A program made the position numbers and the translations under genes. DNA of 64,000 nucleotides. Source: a virus. Taxonomy: Duplodnaviria; Caudoviricetes. The stretch lies in the IMG/VR virus record IMGVR_UViG_2728369482_000003, positions 56,528-120,527 of that record; one strand, written 5' to 3'. Below, piece by piece: positions 55,485 through 64,000 of the stretch. Below the pieces are notes generated by a model, which was not told the DNA's origin, searched no databases, and saw only the letters and a list, made by a program, of their open reading frames with translations. Position 1 is the first letter of the stretch; each line of letters begins with the position of its first letter.

Positions 55485-55924
55485 AGCAGACTAACCGATA
55501 AAATGTCGTCTCCCTGTTTGATGATCGGTGGACAAATTCGGGTTGTTTCCCCCGTTTCTTCATCGACCAAAGTCTGAGGTGTTTTCAGGGCTTTCAGATA
55601 CGTTTCCCGCTGCTTTTTGGCTTCGTCCAACTGGACCCATTCAGGATCGTTGGAAAAATCATACGTCTTGCGGCCCGGACTGAAGCGGAGCTGAATCCCG
55701 CCGTAGCTACCTCCCTGATTCCGGTACTCGGTCCGAACCGTTTCCCGAACCCGGGCTTTCATCACGTTCAGGGCAATCTCGGCCCGCTCGATCTGCTCCA
55801 GCAAACCCAGGGTCGGTTCGGAAGCAATCCGGGCGGCAATGTAGTTACCGGCTACCTGTTCGATTTCGGCTTTGGATAAAGCCTGGCTGGTAAATAGACT
55901 AAGTGTTTGACTTGCTTGATTCAT
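55481..55924 (-). CDS. hypothetical phage replication-region protein
   Basis: 147 aa, YDFS.DP.W..L...K.RE..LK...DEETGE pattern. Confidence 0.6.
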   Translation of the reverse strand: MNQASQTLSLFTSQALSKAEIEQVAGNYIAARIASEPTLGLLEQIERAEIALNVMKARVRETVRTEYRNQGGSYGGIQLRFSPGRKTYDFSNDPEWVQLDEAKKQRETYLKALKTPQTLVDEETGETTRICPPIIKQGDDILSVSLL

Positions 55925-56054
55925 ACGTTTGAATAGCCTTGGTGATAAGCTGGATTTCAGTCTGGTACTTCATGGGTTGCCGCTGGTACTCGGCTAGTTT
56001 TTCCTTGTACTGGTGATACGTATCAATTTCCACCGTGAGTTGATTGGTTTCCAT
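55899..56054 (-). CDS. hypothetical 51 aa protein (not in ORF track)
   Basis: METNQLTVEIDTYHQY...SKSNT* fills the gap. Confidence 0.45.
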   Translation of the reverse strand: METNQLTVEIDTYHQYKEKLAEYQRQPMKYQTEIQLITKAIQTYESSKSNT

Positions 56055-56304
56055 CTAGTTTTAGTTTAGCTGAGTATACCTTGAACAAAAACTGAAGTGT
56101 CTGACGATCTGAAACGTGACTACCGTACTGTTTTCGTAACCCCCGTTTGAACCCCCGTAACTGTTCCTGGGTAGCTGATCCGATGTAGTGGTTCGGGTTG
56201 AAATTCTTCAAACCGGACTTGGGAGCGTTTTTGACTACCCAGATCTCACAGAACTCGTTATAGGAGTGGGACAGATGGTACAGATAGTACGGTGGATTGT
56301 CCAT
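56023..56304 (-). CDS. small paralogue family member 3 (LxFLxKVF)
   Basis: RQTLQFLFKVYSAKLKL. Confidence 0.55.
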   Translation of the reverse strand: MDNPPYYLYHLSHSYNEFCEIWVVKNAPKSGLKNFNPNHYIGSATQEQLRGFKRGLRKQYGSHVSDRQTLQFLFKVYSAKLKLDGNQSTHGGN

Positions 56305-56551
56305 CGAGGTGTTGTTTAGTTATGAAGATTTTCCAGAGGAATCGAAGGGTGCTCAAGGTTGTTTCGTCTTTCATCTGCTGAGAAAAGAGTACACACTGGT
56401 CGAATGATCCGAAGCCTATGTAATTATCTGGACTAAAAAAGTCAGCGGATAAGTCTGGTTCTTCCGGTGTTATGTACAGGTAATTCGGGAAAACTAAATA
56501 CAAATGTCCTCTAGCTTCTACCTTTGATTTATCTGTGTATTCAAGTGTCAT
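56258..56551 (-). CDS. small paralogue family member 4 (LxFLxKVF)
   Basis: LSTLRFLWKIFITKQHL. Confidence 0.55.
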   Translation of the reverse strand: MTLEYTDKSKVEARGHLYLVFPNYLYITPEEPDLSADFFSPDNYIGFGSFDQCVLFSQQMKDETTLSTLRFLWKIFITKQHLDGQSTVLSVPSVPLL

Positions 56552-57020
56552 TGAGTAAGGGAAAAAGCTTGGATCGGAAATGCCGGCCGGCTACGTTATC
56601 ATTCAGATACACCGGATTTTCCAGAACGTTTTCCTGGTGGAGATACTTGTCTTCCAGATAGGATAGCTCCCGGCTCGAATAGGCCCACTGCAGGATCACC
56701 CGGGTAAAGCAACTGGCCGGATAATTTTTAGCCAGCTCAATCAGGGTTTTGTTGGAACCCATGTAGGTTTCCCAGTCCGAAGCCTTGGTTCCCCGGATCT
56801 TGACCACGTTCTTCCTGGGAGTTCCGTCGATCTTGAGCTGCTGAGCTTTGGGAGCCCGTTTACACGTTTTAAAAAATAAAGTTTTTCGACCTATATAATG
56901 TCTGATTCCTTCTTCGGAATTAGAATTAGGCTTAAACGTTATTTTATAACAAAATCCTACTGATCCTTCAGGAGGATTTTTAACGGTTTGGTTATCGTAT
57001 AGCCAAGGATTCACAGTCAA
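56541..57020 (-). CDS. GIY-YIG-superfamily (Seg-like) nuclease
   Basis: GFCYKIT...YIGRK...W..Y.GS...F.R.IL...E...YLN.N. Confidence 0.7.
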   Translation of the reverse strand: MTVNPWLYDNQTVKNPPEGSVGFCYKITFKPNSNSEEGIRHYIGRKTLFFKTCKRAPKAQQLKIDGTPRKNVVKIRGTKASDWETYMGSNKTLIELAKNYPASCFTRVILQWAYSSRELSYLEDKYLHQENVLENPVYLNDNVAGRHFRSKLFPLLNDT

Positions 57021-57865
57021 ACTTTTTGTTTATACTTCCAGATAAAACCAAAGGCTTGTCTTTGAAGACCTTTACAACACCGTGAAATAGCACTTGGATT
57101 TAAGCCTAGTTCAGACTTCACTTCTACTAACCCGTTAAAAGTATTTAATAATGTCCCATCTAAAGAATACTGATAAACTACTTTACGTGTTTTCAGTCCT
57201 TTTCTTAGGTTACCATCAATAATGGCTTGTGTAACTACCTTTTTTTCACCTTTAATTTTAGAAAGAATCTCTCTTCTACTCAAACCCAACTGTAATGACT
57301 TATGAGGAGTAACCAGAGCTAAATCATTTATTCCTTCTGAAACATTACCCAAAAAACTGTTTTTATTTTCAGGAATTACACAAAAAGGGTATCCCAACCG
57401 AATTGCTCTTTTTTCTAAATACTTTCCTTCAAAATGACTTTTCCTGAGTTTTTCGGCAATCTTTTTTCTTGTTTCTTCTGATTTCGGCACACCTTCAAAA
57501 ATAGGCGGAACATTACCTCCGTCTTGTAAATTCAACCCTCTATTTTGTGGATACTTACGGAAGTTACTTTTGAAATATTCAATCCAGTAACGTTCTCTAT
57601 TATTTAACTCGGAAGCATCACAGAATTCCAAAACCTCAAACTTGTGTTTTTTATACCCGTATTTTTCAAAGGAGTGATACAAAATTAAGCTTCGATCCTT
57701 TTTATAATAATACCGGTAAGCAACCCACCTAGATGGTATATTAATACTCTGTCCGATGTAGACTCGACCTGAAGGACTGGTAATTTTGTAAATCCCAGGT
57801 GTGTTTTCTGGAATTTTTGGGAAAGGATTGTCCGAAGAGGTATTAGTATTAACGGTAGCTCTCAT
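57017..57865 (-). CDS. GIY-YIG homing endonuclease with NUMOD3/NUMOD1 DNA-binding modules
   Basis: GIYKIT...YIGQS...R...E..WI...GLN; SEETRKKI; VYQYSLDG...ISRCC.G...A.GFIW. AT-rich. Confidence 0.88.
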   Translation of the reverse strand: MRATVNTNTSSDNPFPKIPENTPGIYKITSPSGRVYIGQSINIPSRWVAYRYYYKKDRSLILYHSFEKYGYKKHKFEVLEFCDASELNNRERYWIEYFKSNFRKYPQNRGLNLQDGGNVPPIFEGVPKSEETRKKIAEKLRKSHFEGKYLEKRAIRLGYPFCVIPENKNSFLGNVSEGINDLALVTPHKSLQLGLSRREILSKIKGEKKVVTQAIIDGNLRKGLKTRKVVYQYSLDGTLLNTFNGLVEVKSELGLNPSAISRCCKGLQRQAFGFIWKYKQKV

Positions 57866-57886
57866 AAGATCACAGGTAAGGTTTTA

Positions 57887-58897
57887 TTAATGATCGAGGG
57901 TTTCATCCAGAAAATCCCGTACGGCAGCCGTTCCCCGGGCTTTTGCCACGTCCCAGGAATCCTTACCCCAGTCAACCGGATAAGTCATGTACGACCAGTC
58001 CCAAGCTTCGGCTCGTTCCTGGGCAGCTACCAGCCCCGGCTGATCGTTGTCAAACAGTAGAATCGGTTTACCAAACCCTTCCACCTGGTTGATCTGCTGG
58101 GGAGTCAGCCAGATGGTTTCCGACAGGACGCAGCAGGCATTATAGCCCAGTTCTTTCAGCAAGACCAAATCCTTCTTCGACTTTGTCATCAGAACGTAGT
58201 CTTCTTTCCGTAACTCCGAGGTACCGATTACCCAGCTAGACGACGACTGTCGGAACTTGTACCGTTTGTTTTTGACGTACGGCCGGTAGATCTGCCATTT
58301 ATCAACGGGCCCCAGCTGATAGCCGTAACTCCGGGTAAGCCCACTCTGGGCCAGCCAGCCATCCTGCCAGTAAGCATCGATGGGAAATACCCGGTGGGAT
58401 TCCAGTTTGTCCGGGGTAAATTGGAGATCCGGTAGCTGCCAAAAGGCCAGGTTACTGTCTTTCCAGTGAGTCCGGTGGACCTGAATCGGCGTGTAACCTT
58501 CCCGGGGTTTCTGGTCCCGGTGGGTAATCTGCTGATCGTAAATAGCCGGTACCGATGTATTGGTGGTTCCGTCGATCAGACCAAAGTCTTTGGCAATCCC
58601 GTCCAGGGCGGCCTGATAACCACAACCCATATACTGCCGGGCCACGGCAAAGCAGTCCCAGGCTCGGGATAAACTATCCGGTGGGGTCCAGGCCCAGTCC
58701 TTGAAAACCAGCCGGCCGTCACTTCGTTCGAAATAGGAACAACCCGGTGATCGGTCCAGTTTGGGCCGGCCGGGCAACGTATTGGTGTATTTCTCCCCCA
58801 ACCGGGGATAATGACCCAGGTACCGCTCGAAGATCTGCTCTTCGGTGATACGACTGAGAATAAACTCCTTGGAAACGATCAGATCGAAACTGAACAT
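57887..58897 (-). CDS. DNA primase (crAss-like, TOPRIM)
   Basis: D..P.CS...FKD...DCF N-terminal domain; MTKSKKD, LFDNDQPG and KD.WD. Confidence 0.8.
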   Translation of the reverse strand: MFSFDLIVSKEFILSRITEEQIFERYLGHYPRLGEKYTNTLPGRPKLDRSPGCSYFERSDGRLVFKDWAWTPPDSLSRAWDCFAVARQYMGCGYQAALDGIAKDFGLIDGTTNTSVPAIYDQQITHRDQKPREGYTPIQVHRTHWKDSNLAFWQLPDLQFTPDKLESHRVFPIDAYWQDGWLAQSGLTRSYGYQLGPVDKWQIYRPYVKNKRYKFRQSSSSWVIGTSELRKEDYVLMTKSKKDLVLLKELGYNACCVLSETIWLTPQQINQVEGFGKPILLFDNDQPGLVAAQERAEAWDWSYMTYPVDWGKDSWDVAKARGTAAVRDFLDETLDH

Positions 58898-58932
58898 GCC
58901 GGATCAGGCTAGGAAGCGAGTGGGTAGGGAAG

Positions 58933-58967
58933 AAAAACCCGGACCAATCAGACGATCGATCCGGGTT
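58933..58967 (-). terminator. terminator-like hairpin
   Basis: aacccgga...tccgggtt with a U-tract on the minus strand. Confidence 0.5.
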
Positions 58968-58990
58968 ACTATCAGCGAAAACGGATTAGC

Positions 58991-59590
58991 CTAGAACGGT
59001 AGATCGTCAGGAGCTTCTACCGGAGCTTCACCGGAGAATTCATGAGCTGGAGTTGGTTTGATATCCTGTTTCTGGGGAACCATAAAGTCGTACTTCGGAT
59101 CCATCTTGAAGGACTTGCCGTTGCCCATCCGAACTACCGTCCAGTTCGAAGGAATTTCCAGAATGTCCTGACCTTTCCGGTATCGTAGATACCAGGTGGT
59201 TGCCAGCTGGTCATAATTAGGAGGTAACAGTGATTTCACCTTTTCACAAACGGCTTCCCAGGTAGTTAATCCCCGAAGATAATCCTTCAACTGTTCGTCG
59301 GTCAGATCTGATCGATAGGTTGAAAAGATATTCATCATCCGACGAGGCTCGTCTTCGGGCTGATTGGGATACAGCGGAGTTTCCCGCAGGGTCCAGTCAC
59401 CCAACCAGAATGTACTTTTTTCTACCTTTTTACCGGGTTCCCGGCGTTCCAGCTTGATTTCCAGCCGGGGATCTTTACCAGCGGGCTTCTCGTAGCTGAA
59501 ACCGGTCATATAGATGTGATCGGTACCACCAAACACCGGGGTAATACCAATGGGAGCTGATTCAATGCCGTCAAACGAAAACTGTAGCAT
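58991..59590 (-). CDS. putative single-stranded DNA-binding protein
   Basis: Acidic DDLPF tail, located between the Sak4-like gene and primase. Confidence 0.55.
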   Translation of the reverse strand: MLQFSFDGIESAPIGITPVFGGTDHIYMTGFSYEKPAGKDPRLEIKLERREPGKKVEKSTFWLGDWTLRETPLYPNQPEDEPRRMMNIFSTYRSDLTDEQLKDYLRGLTTWEAVCEKVKSLLPPNYDQLATTWYLRYRKGQDILEIPSNWTVVRMGNGKSFKMDPKYDFMVPQKQDIKPTPAHEFSGEAPVEAPDDLPF

Positions 59591-59703
59591 ACTAAGGGGT
59601 AAGTAAGAAAAGAAGAAAAAAGGGTGTCCCGCCGTGGCGACGGCCGGAGCTGGATTCAGCTACTAGGAATGGGATACCCGAAGAAGGGAAATTCAGAAGG
59701 GTA

Positions 59704-60582
59704 CTAGGCGGTTGCCGGAGCGGGAACCTGATTTTTCTTGTCTTTCAGCAGGGCAACAAAGTCGTCCGACTGCTGCAGGGCCGGGAATTTAAGCCAGATA
59801 GCATTCAGCTCACCAGCCGAAGACGCGTTGCTCACTTCAATGGTGGCAATCTGGAGCAGGGCTTCGGTATCAGATTCACCCGAAGTAGCCCAGTTTTTCA
59901 TGTCCTGGCCGGTTTCTTCGGTTAACATGAACGGGTCCCGGCTGACAAACAGACTGGTTCGGTCTTTAGCAGCTTTAGCCAAATGGTTTTGCTCAATCTC
60001 AAAGTTCAGGGTCAGTTCGTACTCCCAACCCTCGACGTTAATCTCCTTGAGTCCCAGCTTTTGAACTGTATTCCGACCGTTGCCGTCTTTAGTCATCTCG
60101 TAATCCTGCTTCCGGCGGGACGTCGTAAATACGTGGGCGGTGGATTTGAGGATTTTGTTTCGGAGTTTCTCGTGCCGGGGTTTAACGATCCCCCAGTTAG
60201 TGTACGAGTTCCCCGTCATCTGGGCCTGAACGTTCAGGATAAATTCCCAGGCATGGGTCATCGAATCAATGATGATGACTTCCATCCCGGCCTTTTCACA
60301 GGCAACAATGGCTTCAATGTATTTCTCGGGAGCCGGGTTGGTTAGGTTTATGTAATTGAACGTTCCGATGTAGAACTCACTACCGTTACCATCTGAGAAG
60401 GTTTGGTCACAATAGAGTTCCGCCGATCCACTTTCTGTATCAATAACAGCAATTTTATCCCAGTCATTGACCAGTCCATAAGCGACTCTGAGTGCGGATA
60501 AAGTCTTTCCGGCTCCGGAAACCCCGGAGAAGCCGACCCGTAGTTTTACGGCTTGCCGGCTGGCTTTTCGTAGTTGCATCAA
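59704..60582 (-). CDS. Sak4-like/AAA_24 ATPase (single-strand annealing)
   Basis: GVSGAGKT, IDTESGS, IIDSMTHAW, EYE.T and KDRT. Confidence 0.8.
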   Translation of the reverse strand: MMQLRKASRQAVKLRVGFSGVSGAGKTLSALRVAYGLVNDWDKIAVIDTESGSAELYCDQTFSDGNGSEFYIGTFNYINLTNPAPEKYIEAIVACEKAGMEVIIIDSMTHAWEFILNVQAQMTGNSYTNWGIVKPRHEKLRNKILKSTAHVFTTSRRKQDYEMTKDGNGRNTVQKLGLKEINVEGWEYELTLNFEIEQNHLAKAAKDRTSLFVSRDPFMLTEETGQDMKNWATSGESDTEALLQIATIEVSNASSAGELNAIWLKFPALQQSDDFVALLKDKKNQVPAPATA

Positions 60583-60614
60583 ATATAGGTGAAAAAAGGT
60601 AATTACTTACCGGA

Positions 60615-61784
60615 TCAACCGGCATTTTTCAAATCAACTAAATCAAACAGATTCGGGGGTATAGGTCTGGGACCCGTATGACGTCCACCCTGGGGACCGT
60701 TTGTTGGACCAAACACATTTCGTTTCCGGGAAATGAACTGCTGAATTTCGGTGATCTCGTCAGCCCGGGGAAACTCCTCAAAGTTCTTGCTCACCGGCTC
60801 GACCCAGAGCCCACCCCCGACTTTCTTGGGTCCCCGGCGGTTCTTGAGGATCTCCAGGTACAAGAAGTTATCCTTCAGTTCCTGCAGACCCGCGTACTTC
60901 CGGTATTTACCCAGCTCGTAGGTAGCCGGGTTGAACAGAGAAATCACATGGGTAGCCCGCCGGGCCGTTCCTTTGTTTTCAGCCAGTTCGGCCAGGGACG
61001 GGGACAGCTTGGCATCCATGGTCTCCCCTTTCAGGTTGAGCTGGATACTATCACCGATGTTGGTCTGGTGCTGAACCAGGATCGGAATGGCCCGGTACTT
61101 GTTTTTCAGGCTCATGCAGTACTTCACCGCCAGATCCTCGATAGCCTGAAACAGGCTTTTCTGCTTACCGGTACCTTTCTCGGTTTCGGGCTGCAGGTCC
61201 AGTACGTGATCCACTACGAACAGGCAGTACTGATTCGGATTGTTGGGGACGTAGGTTTCGTGCCCCTTGCTATCTTTAACCAGTTTACCTTGGGTCAATA
61301 ACCATTCTCCGGTGTGAAGATACATGCCGTACGGATAACGGATCGTGTCGATGATCTCGATTTTAGTCAGCAGTCGATCGATCAGCACCTGAATCCCTGG
61401 TAGTTTAGCCCGTTCCTCGTCGGAAAGCTTGTTTTCTCCCCGGCCGTGAAGCTTGTCTTCCGAAACGGTCATACCATATTCCCGCTGGAACAGGTACGAT
61501 GTAATCCGAATCAACAGGTCCTGAACCGATTCTTCCAGCAGGTAATAGAACACTTTGATGTCCAGCCCATCGGCCAGGTGATCGAGTACCCATTCTACCG
61601 CCGGAATCACCATGGCACCCATTAGAAAACTGGACTTGAAGGTTCCCGTGGGTCCGGTGATAATCCAGAAGTCTCCCTTGTCCATCCCGTTTATCAGCTT
61701 ATTCAGCCGTTCCAGGGGCAGGGGAATCCCGACAAACTTTTTGTCCTGCTGAGCCAGGATGTACTCCGAAATTGATTGAGCCAT
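60615..61784 (-). CDS. DnaB-like replicative helicase
   Basis: GIP..L..L, GPTGTFKSS, LEES, VVDH, VQHQ and ILKNRRG. Start placed at MAQS. Confidence 0.8.
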   Translation of the reverse strand: MAQSISEYILAQQDKKFVGIPLPLERLNKLINGMDKGDFWIITGPTGTFKSSFLMGAMVIPAVEWVLDHLADGLDIKVFYYLLEESVQDLLIRITSYLFQREYGMTVSEDKLHGRGENKLSDEERAKLPGIQVLIDRLLTKIEIIDTIRYPYGMYLHTGEWLLTQGKLVKDSKGHETYVPNNPNQYCLFVVDHVLDLQPETEKGTGKQKSLFQAIEDLAVKYCMSLKNKYRAIPILVQHQTNIGDSIQLNLKGETMDAKLSPSLAELAENKGTARRATHVISLFNPATYELGKYRKYAGLQELKDNFLYLEILKNRRGPKKVGGGLWVEPVSKNFEEFPRADEITEIQQFISRKRNVFGPTNGPQGGRHTGPRPIPPNLFDLVDLKNAG

Positions 61785-61814
61785 ACAGCTGAACAAAAAA
61801 ACTACAGGGATAAA

Positions 61815-61982
61815 CTACAGGTCAAGTATTACCTCTGTAGCCTCGGAATTTGGCATATCTTCTTCTACCGAAAAACAAATGGTTGAATTGTCGTGGAAAT
61901 AAGACAGAGCTTGTTCAGCCGCTTCCTGGGGAGTTTCCCCTTCTTCCACAATTTGCCAGGTAATCACATATCGTTTTTCCAT
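61815..61982 (-). CDS. hypothetical 55 aa acidic protein
   Basis: MEKRYVITWQI... start placed just after the upstream stop. Confidence 0.5.
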   Translation of the reverse strand: MEKRYVITWQIVEEGETPQEAAEQALSYFHDNSTICFSVEEDMPNSEATEVILDL

Positions 61983-61983
61983 A

Positions 61984-62637
61984 TTAGTAACTGCCCGTCC
62001 AGGACTTATCTGCTTCGGATTCCTTTTGAAGCACGGCCATTTTAATGGCGTCAAAGCTTTCCAGATACCGATTAATTTTGATGTTCTTGGGAAAGTATTC
62101 CAGCCACTTGTCGGTAATCTCCATGAGTTCTCCGATCTTGTACATACTACCTTGCCCGCAGACATTCCAGAACAACTCTTTAACGTCATCCAGGGTCTGA
62201 CCCTTTTCAGGTAAGGTTGTCATAATCGATTGACCATTGATGATCATGTCGTATCCATAGAGTTTGACAAAGTAATCCCACCATTTTTCCCGGTCGGAAT
62301 CCAGAATCGTACTCTTAAACTTCTCCGTAACATCCAGGCATTCCAGGTGAAGTTTGAAGTTGCCCGTTGGTCCCGGTCGGTTATAGCCCGGATACGTAAT
62401 CAAGTATCCTTCATCCGCTAGTTTATGGATAATCCGGCTCCAGGGAATGCCGATTGGCTGACCCTTCTGGTCATAATACATGAATCGGCCGTAGTACTGG
62501 GTAAGCTGCTTGATCAGGGCCGGATCGGGCGATTCCTTCTGGATGTAAATGGTATAGAGCAGCATGGCTTCCTCGACTGTCAGTTCGGTTTTCAGGAGGT
62601 AGCCAATCAGGTGACTTATTTCATTTGATTGAATCAT
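61984..62637 (-). CDS. hypothetical protein with winged-helix-like N-terminus, upstream of DnaB
   Basis: 217 aa, I..L...GYL pattern. Confidence 0.6.
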   Translation of the reverse strand: MIQSNEISHLIGYLLKTELTVEEAMLLYTIYIQKESPDPALIKQLTQYYGRFMYYDQKGQPIGIPWSRIIHKLADEGYLITYPGYNRPGPTGNFKLHLECLDVTEKFKSTILDSDREKWWDYFVKLYGYDMIINGQSIMTTLPEKGQTLDDVKELFWNVCGQGSMYKIGELMEITDKWLEYFPKNIKINRYLESFDAIKMAVLQKESEADKSWTGSY

Positions 62638-62662
62638 TGAGACGCGTTGATACTAACTAGGA

Positions 62663-64000
62663 TTATACAGGTTCGTTGAGCAGAACGTACTCGGAGAGTT
62701 CATCGACCGAGTCCAGGTAATGAATAAACAGCTGCCTTTTCTGGGCTGAGCGGAGCCACTTGGCTTCTTGAGAGACATAGGAACGTCCCTGATACACCCC
62801 ATCCTGGACATACAGATTAATTTTGGTTGCCGATTTGGCCGGGTTATCCAGATCTAGTCCTAATATTCGCCCAATACGCTGGTTATCCATTAATTCTGTG
62901 GATTTGACTCCGATGTTAATAGCTATCGAACAGTTATTGACTGTAAAGCCCTCATTGAGATTTATACAACCATAGAGGTAGGGTTTCTGTCCCCCGTAGA
63001 AATTAGCTAGCAACTGAGTCGTCTGAACCCGGTCCTGTTTGGTTTTACCAGTTCGGTATACCTGTAGTTTCGGGTTCAGTTTAGCCATTCGATCCCCTAC
63101 TGCCAACCGGGAGCCAAAGACGATGATGGGTTGCTCGGGCAGCCGGTCCAGCAGCTCCAGAGCCAGGATTTCCTTATTTCGGGCTGTGTACAGGATATCC
63201 GCTCGTTTCCCGATGGCCTTCCGGTAGTTAATGGCTGAGCCGGTTACCTGGCCCGGAGTGATTCCACCCATTCGACGGGCTGTGTCAGCAGCTACTTCGG
63301 AGTTATTGGCACAGATAAAGGCCAGCCCGTGGGCTTTTTCGGGAGATACCTGCTGAAAGAACCGGACGTACTGATCGATTTTATCCTGCTGGACAAGGTA
63401 CTCCCGGGCTTCTGTTGGAGTCAGATCGACCGGAATATTCAGGGACTGATAAGCCGGAACGATACCCAGCCGAACACCGGTTTTTAAGGGTACCGAAAAC
63501 TGGTGATGGATACCAAGTTCATCCAGATAGGATAACTTATCTTCATCCAGTGTAGCCGATAAGCCAAGTATCCGATTGGTTCGTGTTTTGGGAATGACCT
63601 GGGAATACTTGGTAGCTGCCTTATTCAGGGCATGTTGAACTTCGTCAACGATCAGAATGTCACAATCATAGACCTCGTCAGGCAGATTTGATCCGGCATA
63701 CGAAGCTAACAGGTAAAAGTGAATATTGGAAATCCCGGCCAGATAAGTTTCAAACTCGTTCCGGATTGGATTGGTCGGTAAGAGAATATTGACCTTACCA
63801 GAACTTACCCGTCTATACCGGTTGAGCAGGCTTTTTATACCGAATAACTTGCCCCAGCGGGTATGACAGGCCCAGATTACCTTTTTATTCTCGGCAAAGT
63901 AATCAATAGCTAACGTCTGGGTGTAGCTCTTCCGGTCATTGGGTTCGGGCAGACTCAGGGCATACCGGATTTCGTCTTCCGATAGCTCACGGGTTTTCAT
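62663..64000 (-). CDS. superfamily 2 helicase (may extend beyond the window)
   Basis: TRWGK, IVDEVQ, GLSAT, LNEGF and QRIGRIL. Confidence 0.75.
   Translation of the reverse strand: MKTRELSEDEIRYALSLPEPNDRKSYTQTLAIDYFAENKKVIWACHTRWGKLFGIKSLLNRYRRVSSGKVNILLPTNPIRNEFETYLAGISNIHFYLLASYAGSNLPDEVYDCDILIVDEVQHALNKAATKYSQVIPKTRTNRILGLSATLDEDKLSYLDELGIHHQFSVPLKTGVRLGIVPAYQSLNIPVDLTPTEAREYLVQQDKIDQYVRFFQQVSPEKAHGLAFICANNSEVAADTARRMGGITPGQVTGSAINYRKAIGKRADILYTARNKEILALELLDRLPEQPIIVFGSRLAVGDRMAKLNPKLQVYRTGKTKQDRVQTTQLLANFYGGQKPYLYGCINLNEGFTVNNCSIAINIGVKSTELMDNQRIGRILGLDLDNPAKSATKINLYVQDGVYQGRSYVSQEAKWLRSAQKRQLFIHYLDSVDELSEYVLLNEPV

Noticed and set aside
57017-57886. Group I intron around the GIY-YIG endonuclease
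   Set aside because: Primase and the downstream gene both look complete, and there is no non-coding space for a ribozyme core.
1-64000. Stop-codon reassignment as in some crAss-like phages
   Set aside because: Giant genes are uninterrupted in code 11, and TAA, TAG and TGA all end genes at tight junctions.
1-64000. CRISPR arrays, tRNA or rRNA genes, IS elements, integrase/att sites
   Set aside because: None recognisable. Intergenic gaps are short and mostly explained by terminators or promoters. A tRNA scan was not run.
60615-64000. Non-canonical Walker A motifs in DnaB (GPTGTFKS) and the SF2 helicase (TRWGKL, DEVQ) as signs of inactivation
   Set aside because: The catalytic Lys and downstream motifs are retained and such variants occur in active phage enzymes. 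Not enough to call them inactive.

Overview
The whole 64 kb window reads as part of a crAss-like (Crassvirales-related) phage of a Bacteroidota host. The host call rests on TAnnTTTG promoter boxes and the lack of Shine-Dalgarno motifs; no host chromosomal genes, capsid, terminase or integrase fall in the window. The + strand (1-37.9 kb) carries membrane/lysis genes, an SGNH-tipped tail fibre, four giant ejected/cargo proteins (875, 1812, ~3356 and 1512 aa) and a five-gene tail fibre/spike module. The ~3356 aa protein is a single-chain two-barrel RNA polymerase (RIPxQ...DFDID) with an N-terminal degenerate zincin and a C-terminal, motif-complete Dda/RecD-like SF1B helicase. An AT-rich island (12.0-16.5 kb) splits the cargo genes. 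It holds a membrane-anchored DUF559-type nuclease, a lipoprotein paralogue pair, putative regulators, a degenerate RNase H, RepL and an origin-like AT-rich repeat region, which suggests a plasmid-like or temperate state. The - strand (38-64 kb) is the early/replication arm: SF2 helicase, DnaB, Sak4-like ATPase, SSB-like protein, primase, two GIY-YIG nucleases, an AAA-vWA/peptidase cluster, gp88-like protein, degenerate UNG, metallophosphoesterase, MazG-like enzyme and many small ORFs. The most striking observations are: (1) the four cargo proteins (~7,550 aa) contain only four cysteines, all at termini and placed as a head-to-tail chain; (2) the RNAP-helicase fusion; (3) a shared SLFD(L/I)GT(PGE) peptide in two cargo proteins; (4) the RepL maintenance island; (5) a four-copy small-protein family. 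All family assignments come from motif recognition by eye, not from database searches.
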